Source: a virus
Lineage: Duplodnaviria; Heunggongvirae; Uroviricota; Caudoviricetes
Virus record (IMG/VR): IMGVR_UViG_2563366920_000004
Reading direction: 5' to 3' (one strand)
DNA length: 40,422 nucleotides
Shown: piece after piece, positions 8,598-17,693 of the stretch
Layout: every line of letters starts with the position of its first letter
Position numbering within the stretch: position 1 is the first letter of the stretch
Notes under the pieces: generated by a model
Seen by the model: the letters and a program-made list of their open reading frames with translations, nothing else
Told to the model about the DNA's origin: nothing
Databases searched by the model: none
Program-made: the position numbers and the translations under genes

Positions 8598-9290
8598 ATG
8601 AATACCAAACCTTCCATCTTTTCCTTTGAGTCATCCTGCCAGATCCGTATGTTCATGATTGACGGAGAACCTTGGTTTGTCACCAAAGATGTGTGCAATG
8701 CTTTGAATATTGATGTTACACAAGCGAGAAAACTTGATAAAAAAGGCTGGAACAAAAAGGGGCTGTATTCAATACAGACCCCTGGTGGAATACAAGAACT
8801 ATCCATCGTTTCAGAATCAGGTCTCTACATCCTTATTCTGCGTTGCAAAGAGGCAATGACTGAGGGAACGAGAGCATTCAGATTTCTTGAATGGGTTACA
8901 GGTGAGGTTCTTCCTCAGATCCGCCGCACCGGAAGTTACATTAAAAACTCGCTCCCGCAGGAAGAACGCATAAAGATGGTTGCCGACCAGGTAGCCAACG
9001 CCACAGCATCAGCAGTGATGCAGGCAATGAAGATAGAGAACAAAACCTACAGTGCCCCGCTGAAGCCCGGCTACCGCAGCCTGATTCATTCTCCGTCTGG
9101 TGTTCTCGGCCTGACGGAGAACTCATTGCTTATGAATCTGCTAAACCAGTTACAGGAAGACGGGCACGACGTATCGGGCGCGGCGGCGGAGCTGACCACC
9201 ATGTTCTGCTACATCGTCGGTGTGAGCAAATGCCTGCGTGATATCCAGACGCACGCGGAGTACATCAACGACAAGGCAGGGTTCTTCTGA
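8598..9290 (+). CDS. Bro-N domain antirepressor
   Basis: Start set at internal Met (MNTKPSIFSFESSCQIRMFMIDGEPWFVTKDVCNALNI...) of track ORF 8553..9290, with AAGGTGA RBS; N-terminal Bro-N pattern; C-terminal domain paralogous to 7195..7452. Confidence 0.75.
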   Translation: MNTKPSIFSFESSCQIRMFMIDGEPWFVTKDVCNALNIDVTQARKLDKKGWNKKGLYSIQTPGGIQELSIVSESGLYILILRCKEAMTEGTRAFRFLEWVTGEVLPQIRRTGSYIKNSLPQEERIKMVADQVANATASAVMQAMKIENKTYSAPLKPGYRSLIHSPSGVLGLTENSLLMNLLNQLQEDGHDVSGAAAELTTMFCYIVGVSKCLRDIQTHAEYINDKAGFF

Positions 9291-9297
9291 CGGCGGC

Positions 9298-9320
9298 GGC
9301 ACAGGGATGTGCCTTTAAAT
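9298..9320 (+). terminator. intrinsic terminator after the Bro-N gene
   Basis: GGCACA-GGGA-TGTGCC hairpin followed by TTTAAATAATT. Confidence 0.45.
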
Positions 9321-9361
9321 AATTCTGTACGATTGCAGACCGGGGGGTGAATAGAGTACTA

Positions 9362-9376
9362 TTACCTTACGGGTGA
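9362..9376. promoter_or_regulatory. operator-like palindrome, one mismatch (TTACC-TTACG-GGTGA)
   Basis: Imperfect copy of the TTACC-N5-GGTAA motif immediately downstream of a possible -10 (TACTAT). Confidence 0.45.
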
Positions 9377-9413
9377 TCCATAGCGATTAGGCACCGATAC
9401 AGGAGGAGCCCAC

Positions 9414-9446
9414 ATGAGAAAATTTGACGAGTACGAAGGCGTTTAA
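9414..9446 (+). other. 10-codon leader ORF (MRKFDEYEGV) with strong RBS
   Basis: AGGAGGAG 5 nt upstream of ATG; ORF ends 19 nt before a GC-rich terminator hairpin that directly precedes the 9506 gene. Confidence 0.35.
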
Positions 9447-9464
9447 CATTCGGATAGTTTAATG

Positions 9465-9487
9465 ACGGGGCCATTAGGCCCCGTTTT
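9465..9487 (+). terminator. leader terminator/attenuator hairpin
   Basis: ACGGGGCC-ATTA-GGCCCCGT (8-bp GC stem) followed by TTTC; ends about 19 nt before the GTG start at 9506. Confidence 0.5.
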
Positions 9488-9505
9488 CATGTCTGGAGAC
9501 AGTTT

Positions 9506-10045
9506 GTGTTAAGTGAAGAAATGCAATTTGCCATGGCTGTGGCTCAAATCGTAAGTGCAGTCGCGGTTTCGCTTGGCTTGTTCATAGCTATCGCTACTAT
9601 TATTTATAATGTAAATACAGCGAGAAAAGTACACACTTCAGTATTCCTTGGTGAAAGCAGGTTTGATGTAGATTATAAGAAAGGCCTATCTACTATGCGC
9701 CGCATTCACGAGTCGAACAAATCATTCCGCTCTTATATGTATCCAAGCAATGGGCAGGCTGATCTTACGGATGAAGAAAAGATAGAGAAGAGAGAAATAA
9801 TTTACTGTCTAGGTTTCTACGAACGCATGGCTGTGAGCGTGAAGCGGAAAACTTATGATGAGACCATGATTAAGGAAGTATTTTACAGCTCCGTTGTAAA
9901 TAACTATCAGATTGCGCTACCTCTTATACAAGCTATTAGAGAAAAAGAAAACATAAACACATATTTTAAAGAATATGAATGGTTGGCCACACGATGGAAG
10001 GATTGTCCATTGAAGGATAAATCCCCGTGGTACAAGTTTTGGTAA
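9506..10045 (+). CDS. single-pass membrane protein of unknown function (candidate superinfection-exclusion/abortive-infection moron)
   Basis: GTG start with GGAG RBS 7 nt upstream; N-terminal transmembrane helix (AVAQIVSAVAVSLGLFIAIATIIY) then ~140-aa soluble domain; visibly AT-rich; strong terminator immediately downstream. Confidence 0.6.
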   Translation: MLSEEMQFAMAVAQIVSAVAVSLGLFIAIATIIYNVNTARKVHTSVFLGESRFDVDYKKGLSTMRRIHESNKSFRSYMYPSNGQADLTDEEKIEKREIIYCLGFYERMAVSVKRKTYDETMIKEVFYSSVVNNYQIALPLIQAIREKENINTYFKEYEWLATRWKDCPLKDKSPWYKFW

Positions 10046-10066
10046 GCCCGCGCTGCGGGCTTTTTT
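10046..10066 (+). terminator. intrinsic terminator
   Basis: GCCCGC-GCT-GCGGGC followed by TTTTTT directly after the stop codon of 9506..10045. Confidence 0.7.
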
Positions 10067-10104
10067 GTGTCTGCGGATTCCCGCCCGGGTGGCGGTGGCA
10101 TTCG

Positions 10105-10130
10105 TTAAAAACAAGGCCGCGAAAGCGGCC
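10105..10130 (-). terminator. intrinsic terminator for the minus-strand late operon
   Basis: GGCCGC-GAAA-GCGGCC hairpin; on the minus strand it is followed by a U-run (plus-strand TTAAAAACAA); just downstream of the 10138..10989 stop. Confidence 0.6.
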
Positions 10131-10137
10131 TGTTTGA

Positions 10138-10989
10138 TCACTGTGCAGTTTTCGCTGATCGATTTTCAGCTCTAAATTCAAGAACCGTTTCAATATTTCT
10201 TTCCTTCAGCATATCAATAACATTTTTATTCATTTGACTATCACTGGTTAATAACTGGTAAACGTTGCTTCTCTCTTTATCAGAATTTTCTTTAACAGCT
10301 GCTTTGCATGCCAAATGCTTATTGAAATTTTCTACATCGCTAGTACAGGAATTTACGGCTGCTGATGAAATATCAGACGCTGAAGAAACACCATCATCCA
10401 AACGTTTTATAGCATTTTCTATACATGAGTTAAGGGAATAAACGACAACTGAGCGATACCCTTCAGACGCACACCATTCTAAATTTCTTGAAGGATCGAG
10501 TGGTTTTACTTCGCTGGATTGAATTAACTTGTCAAAAACTGACTTATATTCAATCTGTTTTTTATCTATAGCCCATACTTCAGTAGCTGATTTATAATTC
10601 CCCGTATGCCTATTAACATCAAATCCATGTTTTATAAGCAAATCTGCCCATGAAAGATTTATTGATTCATTGTTATGAGGCCATTTTCCTGTCAGAACCG
10701 CCCCCATAGACCCCATATATCCGCCATATGATGGTATAGCACCATGGCTCAGTAACTTCTCAGCAACCACAGGGCAATTAATTACATAAGAGGCGTAAAG
10801 CCCATTCCATAAAGCCCCTCTATAGTAATCGCCACGATTAGGTTCTTTTAAGTCGATAGCCTTTGATAATTGTTCACACGTTTTGCATGCATCAAAGTTA
10901 TCCTTATTGCATTGCAATGAACTGGCGGCTGTAGGATTTACAGAGACTATTGAAAGCACTATGCCAAAAAACAAATTTATTTTTTTCAT
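10138..10989 (-). CDS. secreted protein of unknown function at the end of the virion-protein operon
   Basis: Sec-type signal peptide (MKKINLFFGIVLSIVSVNPTAASS); start 1 nt after the stop of the 1129-aa gene; visibly AT-rich compared with flanking structural genes. Confidence 0.55.
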   Translation of the reverse strand: MKKINLFFGIVLSIVSVNPTAASSLQCNKDNFDACKTCEQLSKAIDLKEPNRGDYYRGALWNGLYASYVINCPVVAEKLLSHGAIPSYGGYMGSMGAVLTGKWPHNNESINLSWADLLIKHGFDVNRHTGNYKSATEVWAIDKKQIEYKSVFDKLIQSSEVKPLDPSRNLEWCASEGYRSVVVYSLNSCIENAIKRLDDGVSSASDISSAAVNSCTSDVENFNKHLACKAAVKENSDKERSNVYQLLTSDSQMNKNVIDMLKERNIETVLEFRAENRSAKTAQ

Positions 10990-10990
10990 C

Positions 10991-13900
10991 CTATTTCATC
11001 TGCTCTTCAACTTTATTTAGTAATGGTGATATCGCCCACAGATTCTGAAAAGGTAGCATTTTACGGACAGCGTGGGTTTGCTGGCTGTCAAATTCTCCGT
11101 TAAGTACACCATTTGCAACCGTCGCGGCATCACCGCCAAGATCAAAGGTAGGACCAAGTAAAGCACCAATAGCATTACGACTCTGAAACCTTGATACCGG
11201 AGGCGCACCAAACATCGCGCCAAGACCAAACCTACCGCCGCTTATGTTCTCAACGGTATTCAGCGGCTCAGAGAGCCAGCCAAGCATTCCGCCCCGGTCG
11301 ATCCCCTCTTTCACAAGGTTATTCCAGCTGTAGTCGATATCGCGACCGCTTAACTTCTGTTTCATCATATAGACCATTGAGCCAAGCGCAATCGTGCCAA
11401 GCGCACCAAGATAGAATGAAGCATCGCCCTGCTGGATACCAGATACCAACACCCTGTTATGCTGTGCGAAGATAAACGTTTTGAACTGCGTGATCATCTT
11501 CCAGCCTTCTTTACTAAAAAACAGCGGTGTATCACCTACGCCAGGCGTTACAATCACTGAGTCTACATCTTTCAGCACTGCAGACTGGAAAATCTCTCTA
11601 GCGAAACGGTCATCCCACAGATGACTATGCCCGGTTAACAGCCCGTCCATATCCTCTCCGTGCTTCCCGAATTGCTCCCCGATTCGGCGCAGAACATCTT
11701 CATTGATGCCGACCTGTGCCATCTTCCGCATTTCACTTTTGGCGAGCGTGCCACCAGCAGAAACCTGGCGAGCCGCGTCAAGTATCCTCGACTGCACTAT
11801 CATCCCGGACCATGATTTAAGTGCGCTGTTCCACTGATTCATCAGCGTCCAGTTACCGAATTTCTGCGTCATCCAGTTCAGGCCTCGCTCAGCGGCGCTT
11901 CTCCGGCTATAGGGGTCAGTAAGATCCGCTATAGCCTTTGTACGCGTAGACAGGACATAATCAAGCCCAACGGCCATTTCTCGCAAATCCCTGGTTGCAA
12001 TTTTCACTGAGTCCATATTTTTAAGCATGCTTACCATTGGTCCGAGAGATTTTCTCAGGCCATGCTGCATCATCGGTCGCATCAGATCAGTTGCAGCGGA
12101 GACGGTCATTCCACCAAGCAAACGGAGGAAGTTAATATTCCTAGCAACTCGCCCGGCACGAACAAAGAAACTGCGTGGATCTTGAGGTGCGCCGTAAGTA
12201 CCAAGCAGTCGGTCACGCATAGCCGTAATATCCCTAATATCAGCCTCCCGTTGCTTCTCAAGAGCTGCACGTCGTTTAGGTGTTTTAGCCTCTTTTATTA
12301 GCCGGGTATATTCCTCACTAACCTGACGGATTTGCTCCCCCATATCTTTACGGCCAAACTGCGCAGTCAGCTCAATTTCTGGTGCCACCTGCCGGAGATA
12401 ACTTTCCATGATGTAGTTAACATCTGATTCAAGAAAATCTTCTATACGCTCATCAGGAATAAGCAGCGTTCGGCTTTTAGTGAAACCAGCCCGACCAACG
12501 AGTCTCTCTGGGATAATATCGGCTGGTACAAGCCCGGAAGGTGCGCCTATTATTTTATTCACGATCTCGTCAGCAGCGTCCTCTGCTTCCTCTCGGGATA
12601 GAGGCTCCATCTGCTTCAGTGCTCGCTCGCGGCTTGCATTCAGCCTTGTGGTTGAATTTGCCCGTTTTTGCAGTCGGCGAAGCTCAGAACGATATTTCCG
12701 TGGATTATCCAGCAACTCCATATGGCGCTGATAGACAGGAAGCTCACTCTTTGCCTGCGCTATATCATCAAGGCGTGTTTTAAGGTCAGAGCTTTCTTTC
12801 ATCATTCTTGCCTGAAGTTTTTCTGATGAAGTCTCGGCCAACTCTTTTTCTATTCTTGTAAGACGCGCCTGTGTGTCAGTCTCCTGAGATATAAGCTTAT
12901 TTCGTTTATCCAGTTCTTCCATGAGTAGAATTTTTTTACCAGACCATTTCTCCGCTTCAGCGATTTCACTAGCGAGAGCATCAGCGCGCGGTGCCGATTC
13001 CTCTGCAGTTTTTAGCAATGAATTTATCCTTTCAATTCGCTGACCTGCTTTGTCAGCACCTTTGGCACTAATCCCTTGTATCCAGTTGGCAATTCGCCCT
13101 CTGAATTCAGTGCGGTCGGAAAGTATCTTATCGAACTTATAAATGCGGGGAAGATAACTTTTCGCCGTCACGACATCGATATCCTCAGGAAGGATCCCCA
13201 GTTCCTGCATACGGGCTTTTGTGGTCTCGAAAATGGGGCGGATTCTGGCGGCTGCTTGTGAAACCTCAGGAATATCACTCTGATCACCACGGCGCATAGC
13301 CATGCCAACAGCTTCATTGAAATCAATAAAGCTCATCCTCTTCACGCCGCGGGCGCTGACAGATTTGCTGTACTGCTGGTAAGCATCACGAGTGGCTTCC
13401 ATCTGCTTATAAAGCATGGCGTCGTATTGCTTAATCTTAGTCTCGACTGCCGTAAACGTAGCCAACCCCTCATCATTTTTGGCGAAGAAATAGTTATTTT
13501 CGGCAAGCTGCTGGTTAATCTGACGGGAGACAAGAGATGGTGATTGCGCCAAGCGGCCAGCAGGAGTGACACTCAACGTTTTGTTAGCAAGTCCAAGTCC
13601 AGCGAGCTGTTCCTGATCGAGTGTGGTATTGAAAACCTGAGCTGCACCAATGCTTTGAGGAGAATCCATACCTCGCAAATGATTACCTACTGAGTTAACC
13701 ACTGCCTCGCGCGCGCTAGGTCCAGCAAGTAGCTGTGCACCAGCACCAAGGATCCCACCAACGAGAGCATCAACAACAACGTTCGATACGCTCTCCATCG
13801 GTGAGCGAGCTTCCTGAGTGGCCTGCAATGCGGCCTCTGAAGCAACACTGCCAGCAGCATTGGCTAAAGCAAAACGTCCGGCTGTTTCTGCAATACGACC

Positions 13901-14380
13901 GCCACGAACGACAGCGCCGAACGGAATAAACATAGAAATCGCATTGAATGGATCTGCTAATCTCATTGCTACAGAAGAGACTGTACCAGCAAATCCCAAG
14001 CCTGAATTGTATTCCATGTCAGCTCTCTGCTGATCGATTCGATGTTTAATTGCCATTGTTTCTTCAGGCGAACCGGAGTTGATAAACGAATCTGCAAAAT
14101 CTTCATAGCCTTTAATATCTGCTGCATCGTTATCAAATGGGTTATATCCTTCAATCCTGTCAAACTGACTGAAAGGAGCACTGGCAATAAAGCTACCCAG
14201 CGTGTTATCTATACGAAATGCTGCTTGTCTAGACCTTTGAACGCGTTGATCACTGGTAAATGGGTTCACAGCAGAAAGCAAAGAAGGTGTTTCCATATAG
14301 AAATTACTGTCATCAGGTGCTGCTATTTGCTGAATATCCTCGCCAAGCAACTCTTTAGGATCCTGTTCATATATCGGCAT
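10991..14380 (-). CDS. internal virion (ejection) protein, large (T7 gp16-like by position)
   Basis: 1129 aa, last large gene of the tail/ejection operon; coiled-coil-rich central region; assignment by size and synteny. Confidence 0.5.
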   Translation of the reverse strand: MPIYEQDPKELLGEDIQQIAAPDDSNFYMETPSLLSAVNPFTSDQRVQRSRQAAFRIDNTLGSFIASAPFSQFDRIEGYNPFDNDAADIKGYEDFADSFINSGSPEETMAIKHRIDQQRADMEYNSGLGFAGTVSSVAMRLADPFNAISMFIPFGAVVRGGRIAETAGRFALANAAGSVASEAALQATQEARSPMESVSNVVVDALVGGILGAGAQLLAGPSAREAVVNSVGNHLRGMDSPQSIGAAQVFNTTLDQEQLAGLGLANKTLSVTPAGRLAQSPSLVSRQINQQLAENNYFFAKNDEGLATFTAVETKIKQYDAMLYKQMEATRDAYQQYSKSVSARGVKRMSFIDFNEAVGMAMRRGDQSDIPEVSQAAARIRPIFETTKARMQELGILPEDIDVVTAKSYLPRIYKFDKILSDRTEFRGRIANWIQGISAKGADKAGQRIERINSLLKTAEESAPRADALASEIAEAEKWSGKKILLMEELDKRNKLISQETDTQARLTRIEKELAETSSEKLQARMMKESSDLKTRLDDIAQAKSELPVYQRHMELLDNPRKYRSELRRLQKRANSTTRLNASRERALKQMEPLSREEAEDAADEIVNKIIGAPSGLVPADIIPERLVGRAGFTKSRTLLIPDERIEDFLESDVNYIMESYLRQVAPEIELTAQFGRKDMGEQIRQVSEEYTRLIKEAKTPKRRAALEKQREADIRDITAMRDRLLGTYGAPQDPRSFFVRAGRVARNINFLRLLGGMTVSAATDLMRPMMQHGLRKSLGPMVSMLKNMDSVKIATRDLREMAVGLDYVLSTRTKAIADLTDPYSRRSAAERGLNWMTQKFGNWTLMNQWNSALKSWSGMIVQSRILDAARQVSAGGTLAKSEMRKMAQVGINEDVLRRIGEQFGKHGEDMDGLLTGHSHLWDDRFAREIFQSAVLKDVDSVIVTPGVGDTPLFFSKEGWKMITQFKTFIFAQHNRVLVSGIQQGDASFYLGALGTIALGSMVYMMKQKLSGRDIDYSWNNLVKEGIDRGGMLGWLSEPLNTVENISGGRFGLGAMFGAPPVSRFQSRNAIGALLGPTFDLGGDAATVANGVLNGEFDSQQTHAVRKMLPFQNLWAISPLLNKVEEQMK

Positions 14381-17127
14381 TATTTGCCCCCTGCGTATAT
14401 ATTGCTCGGAAGGTAATTGGCTGAACCATAACCGAATGGTTTGGTCAGATCTGGAGGAGTATATCCATCTTTATTGCTGAACTGCGGCAGCGGATTGCCT
14501 TCTCTCCGCACTCTAGCCTCATCAACACGCTGTTGCTGGAACTGAATGGTTTGCCTGTACATTGGAGATGTCAGCTGATCCGGCTTGAAACGAACAGGGA
14601 GACCATTTTCTCCAATATAATTTCTCGGTTCTATCGCTCCGTTTGCGTCAGGCTGTAAAACCATAACAGCATAACTCCTATCCCTTGCCGTAAGGCCATC
14701 AGAAACAAGTATTAAGTCCGTATCACTGCGAGGACCGCCAAAGGATTTTGATTTAAGCTCGCGTTTTTCCTGCTCCCACTGCCCCTGTATCCAGTTACCA
14801 GCACCATTATTTACTCCGTACAATGCCTCAGGTGCATACTTCATAACCTCTGCTTTGCCATTAACCGTAGAAACTCCCCAGGTGGTTCTGATCATGGCAT
14901 TGGTCATTTTCTCAGCCTGTTCTGCATCGCCACCTGTCTGTACAAAGTTAGCATCGTAAATTGTCTGGTAATCTCGCTGATAGGCCGCATTTGATTTTCC
15001 TGGATCGGTAATATCCGGAGACCACGAACCAAAGGAAGTCAGACTGCTGGCGTTATTTTGTGCAGCAGTTACCCTCGCCGCGACATATTTTTTGTCTCGC
15101 ATGGCAGTGGAAAGCATCTGTTTCATTCGGTCATCCTGTTGGAACACCTGACTGTAAGCCATATCAACAGCCTTATCCTCCGGCACGCCAGCGCGGGAAT
15201 AATCGTAAACCTTGCCATAAAATGCCATCGTACTTTTATCAAGTGTTGCCGCTGCCGCCGGATTATTATCGAATAACTGACCGTAGAATTTTGCCATCGG
15301 GACAACCAGCGCAGGATCTCTTGATGTTGCTCCACTGTTAAGCATTGTTTTAACCTGAGTTGGTATCATGCCGCTTTTAGTTGTGACGGTGACCAGTGTA
15401 TTGATGCTCTGCGGATCAGATATGGAAAACGAAGGCGCGATATCCTGCGCGAAATAACGGTCTACCGCTGCCTGATTGTTTTTGTCGTTCGGGTCCAGCG
15501 GGAAGTTATTTTGCATTGAAGACACGAACCTGTTTCTTCCCTGCTGAATCTCCCACTCCCTATCCATCTCTTTAAATTTGGCCTGCATTTTCTCCCAGCG
15601 TTGCTGGTTAGCAGCAAATCCAGGAGCATTTGGATCCTGTGGACGTAAACGTTCAAGAATGTCTTGTCGTCCTTCTGGAGTGAGGTCTTTAGCGGCACCA
15701 ATGACACCTCCATATTGTATCTGCGCCTGCATATCCTTCCACTTCATAGCGCCAATGCGCGGACCATTGGCCCGGATAAAATCGTCCTCAGAAGGTAACT
15801 TCTCAGGTTTCAATCCTTCATCAAGGGCTGAATATGCATCTTTAACTACGGTGCTAAGCTGGTCCGCATACTGCTGGCGGTACTGATTTCTCAGCTCATT
15901 AGCCTGCCTCAATGCCTGTATTTGCATTTGAGGGCTCATAGCATCAAATGCCGCATTGCCCGTATAACGCTTAGGTGAATCAAGGTTAGTTAGACCAAGG
16001 GCTGCCGAGATACCAGTTTCAAGCTGTTCGGTGCTATAAGGCATACTGCCATTTTCGTGTTTAATAATCCCAGCACATAAAGCAGCTAGTGTCTTTGGGT
16101 TAGAGATATCAAGCTGATCATTCTCCCCAACACCAAGCTCACCACACAATGCCCTAATATAAGCATCAGTATTATTACCATCACTAGCCGGAGCATAGCG
16201 ATTAACAATCTCGCTAACGGTGTCATAGCCTTGACGCTGGTAAGACAACATATTTTTACCCAACGCGCGGATTCCATGCTCAGGGGTAGCAAACGTTGCA
16301 AAACGTCCATCGCTACCGATCTGACCTTCCCACGGGTTAGATTTGCTCGCTTCAATATTACCAGGGTTATTATTACGTAAACCACGAGCATCCAATGAAT
16401 TACCATGTGATATTGCACGACTCACACCATCAAGATCCCCTGGCTCTCCATTAACCTGAAGAAACTCGTTGTATTTTTGAGCGATATTTCCTATCCATGC
16501 TTGCTGCCCCATTTGTTCCTTGAGCTGAGTTTTCTGCTGAACACGCCACTCATCAGGAAGCCCATGCGCATCAGCGTATTGATCAATAGATTCAAATCGC
16601 TGCTTGGCTAAATCGACAAATGCTTGGTTATCGCTATATAGCCCCGCAGACTGAGTGACAGCCAATGCATTTCCTGACAAATACGTTTGATCTTGGAATT
16701 GCTGAAACTGCCCAACTTCATATCGACGTGCCTGATTGTAATAAGACTGCATAGACTGCTGGAGTTGAAAGGATAATTTATTCCTTTCCTCACTTTCAGG
16801 GATTGAGCCTAATAATGCCTGAGCCCTTTCCTGCATATTTTTCATAACAGCGTCACTCTGACCAAGAGCGTTTTTACCCTGTTTAGAAATCAGCCCATTT
16901 TCAGGGTTGTTAATCTGGTCATCTGCAAATTGGTTAAATTGCAGTAACGCCTCCTGGGCCATAGCAACATTCGCTTTCTGCCTGGCTTCACCATATGCCA
17001 CCGCATACTGATCTGCGACATTCGCCAGCACCTGACCTGCTTGAGGAACATCGAAGGTCTGAAAACCACCGGTTTGCACACCACGACTTTGCACCTGGCG
17101 TCCGGATGTAGTAGGAACAACAGGCAT
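14380..17127 (-). CDS. internal virion (ejection) protein (T7 gp15-like by position)
   Basis: 915 aa; start/stop overlaps with both neighbours; assignment by synteny. Confidence 0.5.
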   Translation of the reverse strand: MPVVPTTSGRQVQSRGVQTGGFQTFDVPQAGQVLANVADQYAVAYGEARQKANVAMAQEALLQFNQFADDQINNPENGLISKQGKNALGQSDAVMKNMQERAQALLGSIPESEERNKLSFQLQQSMQSYYNQARRYEVGQFQQFQDQTYLSGNALAVTQSAGLYSDNQAFVDLAKQRFESIDQYADAHGLPDEWRVQQKTQLKEQMGQQAWIGNIAQKYNEFLQVNGEPGDLDGVSRAISHGNSLDARGLRNNNPGNIEASKSNPWEGQIGSDGRFATFATPEHGIRALGKNMLSYQRQGYDTVSEIVNRYAPASDGNNTDAYIRALCGELGVGENDQLDISNPKTLAALCAGIIKHENGSMPYSTEQLETGISAALGLTNLDSPKRYTGNAAFDAMSPQMQIQALRQANELRNQYRQQYADQLSTVVKDAYSALDEGLKPEKLPSEDDFIRANGPRIGAMKWKDMQAQIQYGGVIGAAKDLTPEGRQDILERLRPQDPNAPGFAANQQRWEKMQAKFKEMDREWEIQQGRNRFVSSMQNNFPLDPNDKNNQAAVDRYFAQDIAPSFSISDPQSINTLVTVTTKSGMIPTQVKTMLNSGATSRDPALVVPMAKFYGQLFDNNPAAAATLDKSTMAFYGKVYDYSRAGVPEDKAVDMAYSQVFQQDDRMKQMLSTAMRDKKYVAARVTAAQNNASSLTSFGSWSPDITDPGKSNAAYQRDYQTIYDANFVQTGGDAEQAEKMTNAMIRTTWGVSTVNGKAEVMKYAPEALYGVNNGAGNWIQGQWEQEKRELKSKSFGGPRSDTDLILVSDGLTARDRSYAVMVLQPDANGAIEPRNYIGENGLPVRFKPDQLTSPMYRQTIQFQQQRVDEARVRREGNPLPQFSNKDGYTPPDLTKPFGYGSANYLPSNIYAGGK

Positions 17128-17693
17128 CAGTAACCTCCTATTTTGAATCGGGAGTCAGAATTCATAAAACCTGAGTTAGATAACATTGGCGTGTTTCCTT
17201 GCTTACTAATCGGATTGATACTTCCGCCACCCAACTTATATGCACCGTACGCTTTTAGTGGTGCCGTTAACAAAGTGCTGGTCATCGATGATTTAGCAGC
17301 CGACTGAGCAGCAGCCCCCTGTGCCTGAGCATTCATTCCCTGAACCTGATACCCATATGCCTCACGCTGAGCGTTATTCACTGTCGTTAACGCATCAAGA
17401 GTGCCGAACTGAGCATTATCCGCAAAAACGTCAAGAGCTGTTCCGCTACTTAATTCCGCACCGGTAGCCCCCATAGTGGCCGCCGCAGTGCCTGAGCGTT
17501 GACGCATTTCACGACGACGCTGATCCGCTTCAATATTCCCACGATTGATTGAATCCTGTGCCTGAGCTTCAGCAATTTCAGCATTCCGATCAGCTACGGC
17601 TGACTGGTATTTTGCCTGCTTGCTCTGGCTGTACATTGATGCGGCTGTGGATGCCACTGTGACGGCAACCAAAGCGATGGCTGGGTTACACAT
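17127..17693 (-). CDS. internal virion protein (T7 gp14-like by position)
   Basis: 188 aa with hydrophobic N-terminal segment and Ala/Gln-rich body; synteny between the gp13-like and gp15-like genes. Confidence 0.45.
   Translation of the reverse strand: MCNPAIALVAVTVASTAASMYSQSKQAKYQSAVADRNAEIAEAQAQDSINRGNIEADQRRREMRQRSGTAAATMGATGAELSSGTALDVFADNAQFGTLDALTTVNNAQREAYGYQVQGMNAQAQGAAAQSAAKSSMTSTLLTAPLKAYGAYKLGGGSINPISKQGNTPMLSNSGFMNSDSRFKIGGY

Noticed and set aside
8459-8806. 115-aa minus-strand ORF overlapping the Bro-N gene start and leader
   Set aside because: It is antisense to the well-supported Bro-N gene and runs through the hairpin-rich leader.
9328-9345. CTGTACGATTGCAG resembling a LexA half-palindrome
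   Set aside because: The spacing is CTG-N8-CAG rather than the CTGT-N8-ACAG required for a LexA box.
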